This document shows positions 31,833 to 40,845 of a stretch of DNA of 64,000 bases, in pieces; within the stretch, counting starts at the first letter, position 1, and each line of letters begins with the position of its first letter. Origin of the DNA: Spirochaetia bacterium (GTDB lineage Bacteria; Spirochaetota; Spirochaetia; SZUA-6; Bin103); the NCBI GenBank assembly GCA_965198005.1, contig CBDAOI010000004.1, positions 1,696,001 to 1,760,000 on the forward strand, read 5' to 3'. Under the pieces are notes generated by a model. It saw nothing but the letters and a program-made list of their open reading frames with translations. It did no database searches and had not been told where the DNA came from. A program made the position numbers and the translations under genes.

Positions 31833-33074
31833 TTAGTCTTCTGAGGGCGCGGAAGGGACCGTGGGGGAGGGCGGTGGGGCGCCTGCCAGCACGAAGCAGG
31901 CGATCGCCAGCAGGAAGATCGCGACGATCAGCAGGAACGCCAGGTCGAACGATCCGGTGCGGTCGTGAAGCAGGCCGGCGAGGGCCGGGGCACCCGCCAG
32001 CGCGACGATCCAGGCGGTCTGCATCAGGCCGAAGATGCTGCCGAACTGGCGCATGCCGAACGCCTCCTGCACCACCAGCACCAGCAGCGCCCCGAACCCG
32101 CCGAAGCCGGTCGCGAACACCACGATGCCCACCCAGGTCCCCGGCACGCCCGGCGCCAGGGCGATGATGGTGAGTCCCGCCGCCTGCAAGCCGATCGACA
32201 CCACGCACGCCCAGCGCGCCGTCCAGCGCTCGCTCGCCCGCCCGAACGCCAGCTTGGAGCCGATCCCCATGACCGCGATCAACACCAGCCCGGCGGTCGC
32301 GGCCGGCGCGGCGAAGCCGCTCTCCTCGAAGTGCTGGCGGAGCTGGGTCAGGACCCCCTGGTAGGTGAAGTTGCCGCCGACCAGCCCGCCCAGCACCAGC
32401 CAGAAGCGGCGCGTGCGCAGCGCCTGCCGCAGGGTCGCACCGGACCGCGCCAAGTGGTGGGCGGCGGCCGCATGGCCGCGTCCGGCGGCGGCCATCGCGC
32501 GGCTCACCAGGGCAGGATCCTCGCGGATGGTGATCCAGGCGGCGGCGGCCAGCAGCAGCATGATCGTCCCGAACACCAGGTAGCCCGCCTGCCAACCACC
32601 GGTGGCCAGCACCAGCGCTGCCAGCGGCGCCATCGTCAGGCCGCCGAAGTTGTTGCCGGCCGCGACCGCGCCGGTCACCCGGCCGCGCGTGTCCGGGAAC
32701 CAGAGCCCCACCAGCTTGCCGGTCGGCAGCGCGGTCGCGCCAGGGAAGCCGGCGTAGATCAGAACGCTGCTGAGATACCAGTGCCACAGCGCCGTCATCT
32801 GCGTCCGCAGCAGGAAGCCGCCGGCGATCAGGAACAGCGAGATGGTGGTGACCGGACGCACGCCCCAGCGGTCGCTGGCGCGGCCCGCCAGCGGCGCCAC
32901 GATGCCCGACACGAGCGCCAGGGTCAGGGCGAGGTTGAGCTGGGTCTGGGTCCAGCCGAACTGGGCGCGCAATGGCGCCGCGAACTCCCCGAACGCGTAC
33001 TGGCTGGTGCCGATGGTGAGCCCGGTGGAGAGAAACACCACCAGTGCGACGGGAACGCCGCGGTAGATCGTCAT
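31833..33074 (-). CDS. MFS transporter
   Basis: About 12 hydrophobic segments, GRASDRWGVR motif A. Confidence 0.88.
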   Translation of the reverse strand: MTIYRGVPVALVVFLSTGLTIGTSQYAFGEFAAPLRAQFGWTQTQLNLALTLALVSGIVAPLAGRASDRWGVRPVTTISLFLIAGGFLLRTQMTALWHWYLSSVLIYAGFPGATALPTGKLVGLWFPDTRGRVTGAVAAGNNFGGLTMAPLAALVLATGGWQAGYLVFGTIMLLLAAAAWITIREDPALVSRAMAAAGRGHAAAAHHLARSGATLRQALRTRRFWLVLGGLVGGNFTYQGVLTQLRQHFEESGFAAPAATAGLVLIAVMGIGSKLAFGRASERWTARWACVVSIGLQAAGLTIIALAPGVPGTWVGIVVFATGFGGFGALLVLVVQEAFGMRQFGSIFGLMQTAWIVALAGAPALAGLLHDRTGSFDLAFLLIVAIFLLAIACFVLAGAPPPSPTVPSAPSED

Positions 33075-33209
33075 CGCCGCGGGCCCGGCAGGCGCGCGCC
33101 GGTGCATCCCCGAACCTGAGAATGCCGCGTGCTGCGCTGCGTGGGCGGGGTCATTCCGGGTCCCCGCACTTTGCCAGAACTCCGCCGGCGTGGCAATGTA
33201 AGGGTCACC

Positions 33210-34469
33210 TTGAGCACTACCCCGGAACCCGATCTTGAGCGTGCGCAACGGCTGGTCATGGAACTGATGGCAATCCCGGGCAAGAGCGGCAGCGAAGCCG
33301 CCGTAGCGCGGGCCATCGCCGGCCACCTGCGCGCGGCCGGCGTGCCGGAGGCCATGATCGTCACCGACCACGCCCATCGCCGCACCCGGATTGCCGGCGA
33401 CATCGGCAACCTCGTGCTGCGGCTCCCCGGCAGCAGGCGCGGACCGAGCCGCCCGCGCCGCCTGCTGGCGGCGCACATGGACACGGTGCCGATCTGCGTC
33501 GGCTGCACGCCGGTGCGCCGCGGGCGCAGCGTGCGGGCCGAGAGCCGCGCCACCGGTCTCGGCGCCGACAACCGCGCGGCGTGTGCGGTGCTGCTGTGCG
33601 CGGCGCTGGAGATCCACCAGCGGCAACTGCCGCATCCGCCGGTCACCTTCTGCTGGTTCGTGCAGGAGGAGGTCGGCCTGCAGGGTTCCCGGTACGCCGC
33701 CAAGGCGTTCCTCGGTCACCCGCGCCTGGCCTTCAACTGGGACGGCCACAGTCCGGAAGCGCTGATGGTGGCCGCCACCGGCGCCTACCGCATCCACCTG
33801 GAAATCCGCGGCGTGGCCAGCCATGCCGGCAGCGCGCCCGAACGCGGCGTGAGCGCCATCGCGATCGCGGCGCGGGCCATTGCGGACCTCGACCGCGCCG
33901 GCTGGCACGGCAAGATCGAGCAGGAAGGCGGCTCCGGCACCAGCAACGTCGGCGTGCTGCGCGCCGGCGAGGCCACCAACGTGGTCGCCGACCTGGCCCG
34001 CGTGGAGGCGGAGGTACGCAGCCACGACCCCGAGTTTCGGCGGCGCATTGCCGACGAAGTCGACCGCGCATTCAGGCGGGCGGCCGCGCAGGTGACCAAC
34101 GCCGCCGGTGTGGCGGGGCGGGTGAAGATCACCACCCGGCACGACTACGAGTCGTTCAAGCTCGACCTCGACGAGCCGTGCGTGGCCGCGGCCGCGGCCG
34201 CGGTGCGCTCCGCCGGCGGCCGCCCCGGCTACCACGTCGCCAACGGCGGCCTGGACGCCAACTCGCTGACCGTGCGCGGCATCCCGACCGTCACGCTCGG
34301 GGTCGGCCAGCGCGCGGCGCACACGGTGCGGGAGAGCCTTGACCTCGACGACTTCGACTTGGCCTGCCGGGTGGCGCTGCGCCTGGCCACCGCGACCGCA
34401 GCGCAAGCAGTGGGCGCCCCCGCCGCGCCGGCACCGCCACCATCACCAGCCGCGGAACGGCGGCAGTGA
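33210..34469 (+). CDS. M20-family metallopeptidase (PepT-like)
   Basis: AHMDTV, LGADN, QEEVG, SHAG, GGLDAN, HT. Confidence 0.88.
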   Translation: MSTTPEPDLERAQRLVMELMAIPGKSGSEAAVARAIAGHLRAAGVPEAMIVTDHAHRRTRIAGDIGNLVLRLPGSRRGPSRPRRLLAAHMDTVPICVGCTPVRRGRSVRAESRATGLGADNRAACAVLLCAALEIHQRQLPHPPVTFCWFVQEEVGLQGSRYAAKAFLGHPRLAFNWDGHSPEALMVAATGAYRIHLEIRGVASHAGSAPERGVSAIAIAARAIADLDRAGWHGKIEQEGGSGTSNVGVLRAGEATNVVADLARVEAEVRSHDPEFRRRIADEVDRAFRRAAAQVTNAAGVAGRVKITTRHDYESFKLDLDEPCVAAAAAAVRSAGGRPGYHVANGGLDANSLTVRGIPTVTLGVGQRAAHTVRESLDLDDFDLACRVALRLATATAAQAVGAPAAPAPPPSPAAERRQ

Positions 34470-34490
34470 CAGCGGGCGGAGTGGGCTGTT

Positions 34491-35360
34491 CTACACCGTT
34501 CGCTCGGCGCCGAGACGCCCGCCACCGCCCCTGAGCCGCGGGTCGAGCAGGTCCCGCACCGCGTCGCCGAACATGTTGAGACAGTACACGACAACCGTCA
34601 GGCACAGCCCCGGCCACAGCGCCAGCCGCGGCGCCACCTCCATGAACTCGCGCCCTTCCCGGCTCAGCATCCCGCCCCAGCTCGGAACCGAGATCGGCAG
34701 TCCGAATCCCAAAAAGCTCAGCGCAGCCTCGCTGATGATCACACCCCCCACGTTGATCGTGAAAATGATGATCACCGGGGCGGCGATATTGGGCAGCACG
34801 TGGCGCATGAGGGTTCTCCACCTGGTGCTGCCGATCGCCTCTGCCGCCTGAAAATAGATGTTCTCCTTTACCCCGATCACCGCACCGCGGACCACTCTCG
34901 AGGCGCCAATGCCGCCCGTTACCCCCAGCACCACGATGATCTGCGGCACGCCCCGCCCCACCAGCGACATTATCGTGAGCAACAGCAGCAGCCCCGGGAA
35001 CGCCATCCAGGCGTCGACGAATCTCTGCACCGCCAGGTCCAGTTTGCCGCCAAAGAACCCCGAGATGCCGCCGATCAGCACCGCCACCACGACGTTGACC
35101 GTGGTCGCCGCCAGGCCGACGGTCAGCGAAATCCGGGCCCCGAAGACCAGGCGGCTCAGCAGGTCGCGCCCCAACTGGTCGGTCCCCAGCAGGTACCGGG
35201 CCGAGGGGGCCTGCATCCGGTCCACGATGTTCACTTCATCATGCGGGAACGGCGCCAGCACGTCGGCAAGGATCGCCACCAGGATCAGAAGCAGGATGAT
35301 AACCCCGGCGATGATGCTCAGTGGCTTCTCCTTGACCAGTCTGACAAAGAAATCATTCAT
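34491..35360 (-). CDS. ABC permease, DppC type
   Basis: LGTDQLGRDLLSR, EAALSFLG, GDAVRDLLDPR. Confidence 0.9.
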   Translation of the reverse strand: MNDFFVRLVKEKPLSIIAGVIILLLILVAILADVLAPFPHDEVNIVDRMQAPSARYLLGTDQLGRDLLSRLVFGARISLTVGLAATTVNVVVAVLIGGISGFFGGKLDLAVQRFVDAWMAFPGLLLLLTIMSLVGRGVPQIIVVLGVTGGIGASRVVRGAVIGVKENIYFQAAEAIGSTRWRTLMRHVLPNIAAPVIIIFTINVGGVIISEAALSFLGFGLPISVPSWGGMLSREGREFMEVAPRLALWPGLCLTVVVYCLNMFGDAVRDLLDPRLRGGGGRLGAERTV

Positions 35361-35635
35361 AGCGCACTCTGGGGTCCAGGATACCATAGATCAGGTCGAT
35401 GAGCAGATTGATCACCACCACCCCGGTGGCGAACAGGTTGATGCCGGAGACCATCGGATAGTCTCGGTCATTGAGGGCAGTCAGCAACAGGCGCCCGAGT
35501 CGCGGCAGGTTGAAGATGTTCTCCATGATCACGGCGCCCCCCACCAGGATCGACAACTGCAGGCCGATCAGGGTCACCACCGGGATCAGGGCATTCTTGA
35601 CGGCGTGCCGGATCACCACCGCCCGCTCCCTGACG
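35353..35635 (-). pseudogene. DppB permease 3' fragment
   Basis: RHAVKNALIP...LDPRVRYE; N-terminus absent. Confidence 0.8.
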
Positions 35636-35689
35636 CCAACTGACGTACGTCATCAACCTCCGCCAGGGGGGGGGTCACTATCACTGCCG

Positions 35690-36015
35690 GTTTCCATTTC
35701 ACAGTCCACGTACGAGCAAATGGTAGAGGGGTGGGCTCAAGACTACTTTGGTGGCCCTGCAGGAGGCGGCGGCGGTTCATACTACGCAAACCAAGGCACC
35801 TACTGGAGCGACACCTTCCTGAGGGCAGCGTTCTATCAGTACCACGCAGGAACATGACGGTCGGCGACCTCTCTGACCGGCTTGGGATGAAGGCGGACAC
35901 CGTGACCCGCTTCGAGGATTATCTGCTCAAGCGAACCGCGGGATGATCTACGTGGCCGATACAAGTGCTCTGATGGTCCTCAGGAACTACTACCCCGCCA
36001 CCTTCCCATCCCTGG
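35690..36015 (+). pseudogene. Remnant of an ImmA/IrrE-like gene 3' end plus DUF4411-like PIN gene 5' end
   Basis: GGGGSYY...LGMK followed by ATGA-coupled MIYVADTSALMVLRNYYPATFPSL. Confidence 0.5.
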
Positions 36016-36399
36016 CCCCAAGCTGCGAAGATCTGGAAAGCCATCCGGTTGCTCCAACAGAAGGCGCTCGAGTGAAGTCCCCGGCCACGCCGCTTCGCCA
36101 ACGGTCGCCCCGGCGAATACATGGCGTGCTTCTCGGAGCCAGCTCTACGGGACCACCTAACTCGGTACACTTCGCCGACTCGGTCTGCGGTGCCCTGGCG
36201 CCGCTTCGGGCTGACCGGCCAAGTCACGCCCATACCCACCCCCGGCGCTCGTCGACCTGGTCGGCCGCGTTTCCGGGCGCGCCTCCGGAATAGCCGCCGG
36301 GCTAGCGGCGCGCGGTAGTCGGGTAGTCGGGTAGTCGGCGCTAGCCGGGGGCTGGGCTGGGTCATGTCGTCACCCATACACCTGCAGCTTAGTTACGCT

Positions 36400-36492
36400 A
36401 AAGATCGCCACGAGCATCAACAGCAGGATGACGACCCCGGCGATGATGCTCAGAGGCTTCTCCTTGACCAGCCTGCGCAAGAACTCAGTCAT
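36400..36492 (-). pseudogene. DppC permease 5' stub
   Basis: MTEFLRRLVKEKPLSIIAGVVILLLMLVAIF then unrelated sequence. Confidence 0.75.
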
Positions 36493-37444
36493 AGCGGACC
36501 CTGGGGTCCAGGACGGCGTAGAGCACGTCGATGAGCAGATTGATCACCACCACCCCAGTGGCGAAGAACAGGTTGATGCCGGAGACCATCGGGTAGTCTC
36601 TGTCGTTGAGGGCATTCAGCAGGAGGCGCCCGAGCCCCGGCAGGTTGAAGATGTTCTCCATGATCACGGCGCCCCCGACCAGGATCGGCAACTGCAGGCC
36701 GATCAGGGACACCACCGGGATGAGGGCGTTCTTGACGGCGTGTCGGATCACCACGGCCCGCTCCCTGAGCCCCTTGGACCAGGCGGTTCGAATATAGTCC
36801 TGCCTCAGCACCTCCAGCATCATGGTGCGCGTCATCCGCATGGTGGCGGCAGCCGCGGCCGTTCCCAGAATCAGGCTCGGGATCAGGAACCCCCAGAGAT
36901 TCTCCAGCGGGTCTTCGGTAAAGGAAACCAGCTCCAGCGGTGGTGACCAGCCCCACCAGATGGCCGGGTAGATCATGACCATGATGCCGAGCCAGAAGTT
37001 CGGCGTAGCCAGGCCGATGATGGCGACCGAGCGCCCCAGAAAGTCGGCGGCGCTATCCTGGCGAATCGCCGAGTAGATGCCCACCGGCAGCGCGATCACC
37101 AGCCCGATGAGGATTGCCAGCAGACCAAGCTCAAGGGTGACCGGCAGTCTCTCTAATATCGCCTCCCCTACTGCGAAACCAGTCAGCAGGGACTCGCCGA
37201 GAGAGCCGTGCAGGACAATATCGCCGATCCAGCGTCCATACTGCACGTACACAGGCACGTCCAATCCCAGCTTATGGAGAAGAGCTTCCCGGTCAACTCC
37301 GCCCGGTGCTGTCCACATAATCCTACCTTGTATCGTGTCTATTACATCGCCGGGGATGAAACGGACAGAGAGAAAGACCAGGATGGTCAAGATGAACAGC
37401 GTGGGCAGAATCAGCAACAGCCGCCTAATGATATAGGCTTTCAT
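36485..37444 (-). CDS. ABC permease, DppB type
   Basis: MKAYIIRRLL, QDYIRTAWSKGL, LDPRVRY. Confidence 0.9.
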   Translation of the reverse strand: MKAYIIRRLLLILPTLFILTILVFLSVRFIPGDVIDTIQGRIMWTAPGGVDREALLHKLGLDVPVYVQYGRWIGDIVLHGSLGESLLTGFAVGEAILERLPVTLELGLLAILIGLVIALPVGIYSAIRQDSAADFLGRSVAIIGLATPNFWLGIMVMIYPAIWWGWSPPLELVSFTEDPLENLWGFLIPSLILGTAAAAATMRMTRTMMLEVLRQDYIRTAWSKGLRERAVVIRHAVKNALIPVVSLIGLQLPILVGGAVIMENIFNLPGLGRLLLNALNDRDYPMVSGINLFFATGVVVINLLIDVLYAVLDPRVRYD

Positions 37445-37548
37445 GCGGACACCTCGTTTTCAATGAGCAAGGGAGCCGGGAAGCGCGCTCGCATGCGAAA
37501 CGGGCGCCTCCCAGCTCCACTTTGACTGAGATCGGTAGAGGCGAACCC

Positions 37549-39324
37549 CTAAAAGCCCATTTCTCTCTTCAGATCCTGGTCAATCCAGAGGCGGGCGAAG
37601 ACTGGGAGCCGTTGACCGTTTCCCATCCAGTTTTCACCGTTATAACCTTTGAGCCAGGGCTGGGTTACCTGATACGTTGGCGCATTGCCAGCCCATATCG
37701 CATAGAAGTTCTCTATCACATGCTGATTCATCTGTCTATAAATCCTGTTCTGCTCCTCGGTGGTGGTAGCGGCTCCGGCGGCTTCAGACATGGCATCATA
37801 ATCCGCGTCGGCGTTAACGGAGCCGTAAAATCCAGCCTCCGTCAGCTGGCCACTCAAGTATGGCATTGGGAACCACTTTGCGGCGCCGGACAAATTCTTT
37901 ATTTGGAAATCCTTCGCTCTGCTTCTCGCCACCCATGGGTTTATAGGCAGTACCTCGATCTCAATATCAACGCCAATCTTTTTCCAGTATGAACCGACTA
38001 ATTCTGGCCAGGTCACAGAATACCGATTGAGGTGCATGAACTCGACCGTGAATCTGGTACCGTCGGCGCCGCGAGGATATCCGGCCTCATCGAGCAACGC
38101 TTCGGCACCTTCCGGGTCGTAGTCGAAGACCTTCTTGACATCTTCGGGCCACTCTTCAAATTGGAAGACAACCTCGGTCATTAACCGGTTCAACAGCCCC
38201 TGAGGTATCATATCTGCATAATCTCCAAAGTAGGCGCTGTTGATTTCCTCGAGGTTTAGTGCCATCTGCATTGCCTTGCGCACCCTGATGTCGTTAAAGG
38301 GCGGATTAATGTTGTCCATGCCGAACATGTAATCCGCCCGACCGTAAATTGGCCAGATCTCGAGTTCGGGGTTGGTCCTCTCGAGGCCCTCTACCTGGTC
38401 GATAGTCCTCAATGTGTATCCACGATCGACCTTACCGGTGCGCAGCGCCGACAGCATTGTGGCCACTTCGGGCATAATCAGGACCCTTATCTGGTCGGCA
38501 TAGGGCAGGCGGTTCTCCGGATATTTTTCGTCGAAGCCCCAGTAGTCAGGATTCTTGGTATATGTCTCAGAGCTGGCCCCGACCCATTCAGTCGCCTCAT
38601 AAGGCCCGGTGCCGACCAGGTTCCGCCAATCGAGCATGTCACGGTGTTCCTGGAGTACCTCGGGGGGATATATGTTAGAAATCCAGTGGTCGAGGACAAG
38701 CCGCAGCGCAGTGAGGCTTAGCTGTTTCAACTTGAACTCAACCGTCCACTGGTCGGTGGCCGTTATCGATTCAAATTCGACACCGGCCCAGTCTTGAAGC
38801 CATTCGCTAGCTTCGGTGAATCCGCTGCCCATACCAAATACGCGGTGAAAGTTAAATACGATATCATCGGCAATCAGCTCCCGACCGTTCATCGGTGCCT
38901 TGTCGTGCCAGTGAACTCCCTGGCGGACGTTTATGACGAGGGTCAGTGGGTCGGGCTGCGACCAGCTTTCCGCCAGTTGACCTCTCGTGTTAGCTGGAAC
39001 GTTGAGAAACTGGAAGTCAAATTCGTCCCTGGGCGTTGCCCAGTCCGCGAAGGCCAGCTTCTCTACTACGCCAGAGACCATGCCAGATCCATTGGGGCCA
39101 GATTCCGCGGTGTCAGAACTCATCTGCTCTTCGACTGCGGCGAGGGTTATGGTCCCGCCGTACTCTGGCGCGGTCACCATCTTGCCGGTGGTCGGGTCGA
39201 GCACCATTTCCTTGTCGGCGGCGGACGCCGACTCCTCTTCTGCGCCAGCGGCCCACAGGCCGGTTGCGGTAACGACGAGGACCAACGCAATCGCGAAGGT
39301 CATTCTGATTATTACAATGTTCAT
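37549..39324 (-). CDS. ABC solute-binding protein, family 5 (SBP2)
   Basis: LWAAGAEEE leader, LAESWSQPD, VGTGPY, PFNDIRVRKAMQMAL. Confidence 0.9.
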   Translation of the reverse strand: MNIVIIRMTFAIALVLVVTATGLWAAGAEEESASAADKEMVLDPTTGKMVTAPEYGGTITLAAVEEQMSSDTAESGPNGSGMVSGVVEKLAFADWATPRDEFDFQFLNVPANTRGQLAESWSQPDPLTLVINVRQGVHWHDKAPMNGRELIADDIVFNFHRVFGMGSGFTEASEWLQDWAGVEFESITATDQWTVEFKLKQLSLTALRLVLDHWISNIYPPEVLQEHRDMLDWRNLVGTGPYEATEWVGASSETYTKNPDYWGFDEKYPENRLPYADQIRVLIMPEVATMLSALRTGKVDRGYTLRTIDQVEGLERTNPELEIWPIYGRADYMFGMDNINPPFNDIRVRKAMQMALNLEEINSAYFGDYADMIPQGLLNRLMTEVVFQFEEWPEDVKKVFDYDPEGAEALLDEAGYPRGADGTRFTVEFMHLNRYSVTWPELVGSYWKKIGVDIEIEVLPINPWVARSRAKDFQIKNLSGAAKWFPMPYLSGQLTEAGFYGSVNADADYDAMSEAAGAATTTEEQNRIYRQMNQHVIENFYAIWAGNAPTYQVTQPWLKGYNGENWMGNGQRLPVFARLWIDQDLKREMGF

Positions 39325-39427
39325 ACGTTTCTCCGTATGTGGATTTTTCGAGAGTATTGCGGAGCGGATTGCCGCTTTCTGGCTACTCTCATGCCCGCGT
39401 TGCAGGCGGCCAGACCGAGTCCAATCT

Positions 39428-39477
39428 GCACGTGCGCGCGGCGTGTAACTCAGCGGGCTCACGCCGCGCGCACGTGC
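39428..39477. repeat. Perfect 18-bp inverted repeat in the SBP2 leader
   Basis: gcacgtgcgcgcggcgtg-N14-cacgccgcgcgcacgtgc. Confidence 0.85.
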
Positions 39478-39769
39478 GGTTGTTTGAGTACCATGTGCAC
39501 CTCCTGTGCGCCGGGAATACCGGCAGGGTTGTAATGGATGTGATTGACCGGCAACGCCGGCGGTTGGTTCTGCGACGGTGTGTCGTGGTCGGGGATGCAG
39601 TGGACTGAGCCGGCGCCACGCGGAGCCGGCCGCTCCCCCGGTGCTGCAGGCGAAGCCGCAGTTCTCGGTGAACGGGTAGTGGTGGTGGTAGGATGCACCG
39701 GCTGCGTTACCGCTAACCGGTGGGAGCGCTGGGACGTGTCGTCACGCATCACCGTGCCCATGAGAACGC

Positions 39770-39798
39770 AGTCTGCCACACGCGCGGCAAACAGTCAA
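39770..39798 (-). promoter_or_regulatory. Sigma70-type promoter facing the SBP2 cassette
   Basis: TTGACT-17 nt-CAGACT; homologous to 22547-22575. Confidence 0.55.
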
Positions 39799-40089
39799 GC
39801 GGGCATTCAGGTGGCCCCCGCCAGCCGGTAGGAACTCTCCCACACGATCGCCTCATGCCTCGCGCCGCGGCCACTCACCGAGACTAACAGCACAATGAGT
39901 ATTGTAAGGCTTATTCCGGTGGTTGTCAAACCTAAATTCGGTGACGTGGATGGGACCCGTTCGACATCTGCTTCCCTCGCGCCCCCTTCCGAAGAGCTAT
40001 CTGCTTACTCTGTCATGGAATACCGAACACTGCCCGCGTCCCTGTCATCCCCCGAACACTTTCGGTCGATTGCCCGGTGAGGTGTCGTC

Positions 40090-40490
40090 GGAGGTGGCGG
40101 TAAGCGACCGGGCACAGGCAGCGTCGTGGGGTCAGCTGGCAGGGCGCGCCGGTTGACCCACACCGGCGCCCAGGGTGGAGCCGTGCAGCAAGCGCCTGCC
40201 GGCGGCGCAGGGAGCACACCAGTCCCCCTGCCAGGTCTCCCGGCGCGGTTACCCGAACGCGGTACGCGCGGTACCCGGTCCGACGCAGCCGACCGCGGCG
40301 CAGCCCTTCGATATCCTGGTACAGGCTGGTGTGATCCTCCGGTTTGGCCACCAGCAGAAACGAGCAGCGGGCGGCGCGCACCTGTTCGATAACGGTTGCT
40401 TGGAGTACAGACTATCGGCGACGATCACCGCAGCCAGCCGGGGATGGTCGTTACGGATGCGCTGCACGGCACGGTAGCCGGCGTCGCTCA
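40090..40490 (-). mobile_element. DDE transposase internal remnant
   Basis: HPRLAAVIVADSLYSKQP...FLLVAKPEDHTSLY across frameshifts. Confidence 0.55.
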
Positions 40491-40529
40491 ACACCGGGAA
40501 GTCCGGTGCACCGCCTTTGTGTGTATATC

Positions 40530-40820
40530 TGTCATGGCGAAGAGCTCTTCACTTGCGTGGGAGAACGGCAGGTGACCGACATCGTGACACAGCGCTGCCA
40601 TCCGCAAGACTCGTCGCCAGTATGACAACTTATCCGGCGATGTGAGCGGCTTCAGGAGCCTCTTGATGTCATCAGTCAGATTGTCGGGGTGTGTCACGAC
40701 ATCGAACACGCGACTGGCAAGCTCCATTACGCCAAGCGAGTGTTCAAATCTCTTGTGCGTAGCCCCCGGGTACACCAGATCCGTTAGCGCCAGTTGGTGG
40801 ATGTGCCGCAATCGCTGCCT
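40530..40820 (-). pseudogene. HD-domain phosphohydrolase (YdhJ/SAMHD1-like) fragment
   Basis: QRLRHIHQL...VYPGATHKRFEHSLGV...AALCHDVGHLPFSH. Confidence 0.8.
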
Positions 40821-40845
40821 TCCTGACCGGCCGTGGGGTGGACCG

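Noticed and set aside
31833-34406. 857-aa ORF
   Set aside because: The N-terminal half is the antisense of the M20 peptidase; the MFS gene starts at 33074.
39330-39770. Known riboswitch (TPP, SAM, cobalamin, glycine) in SBP leaders
   Set aside because: I could not find their consensus motifs by eye; an Rfam scan is needed.
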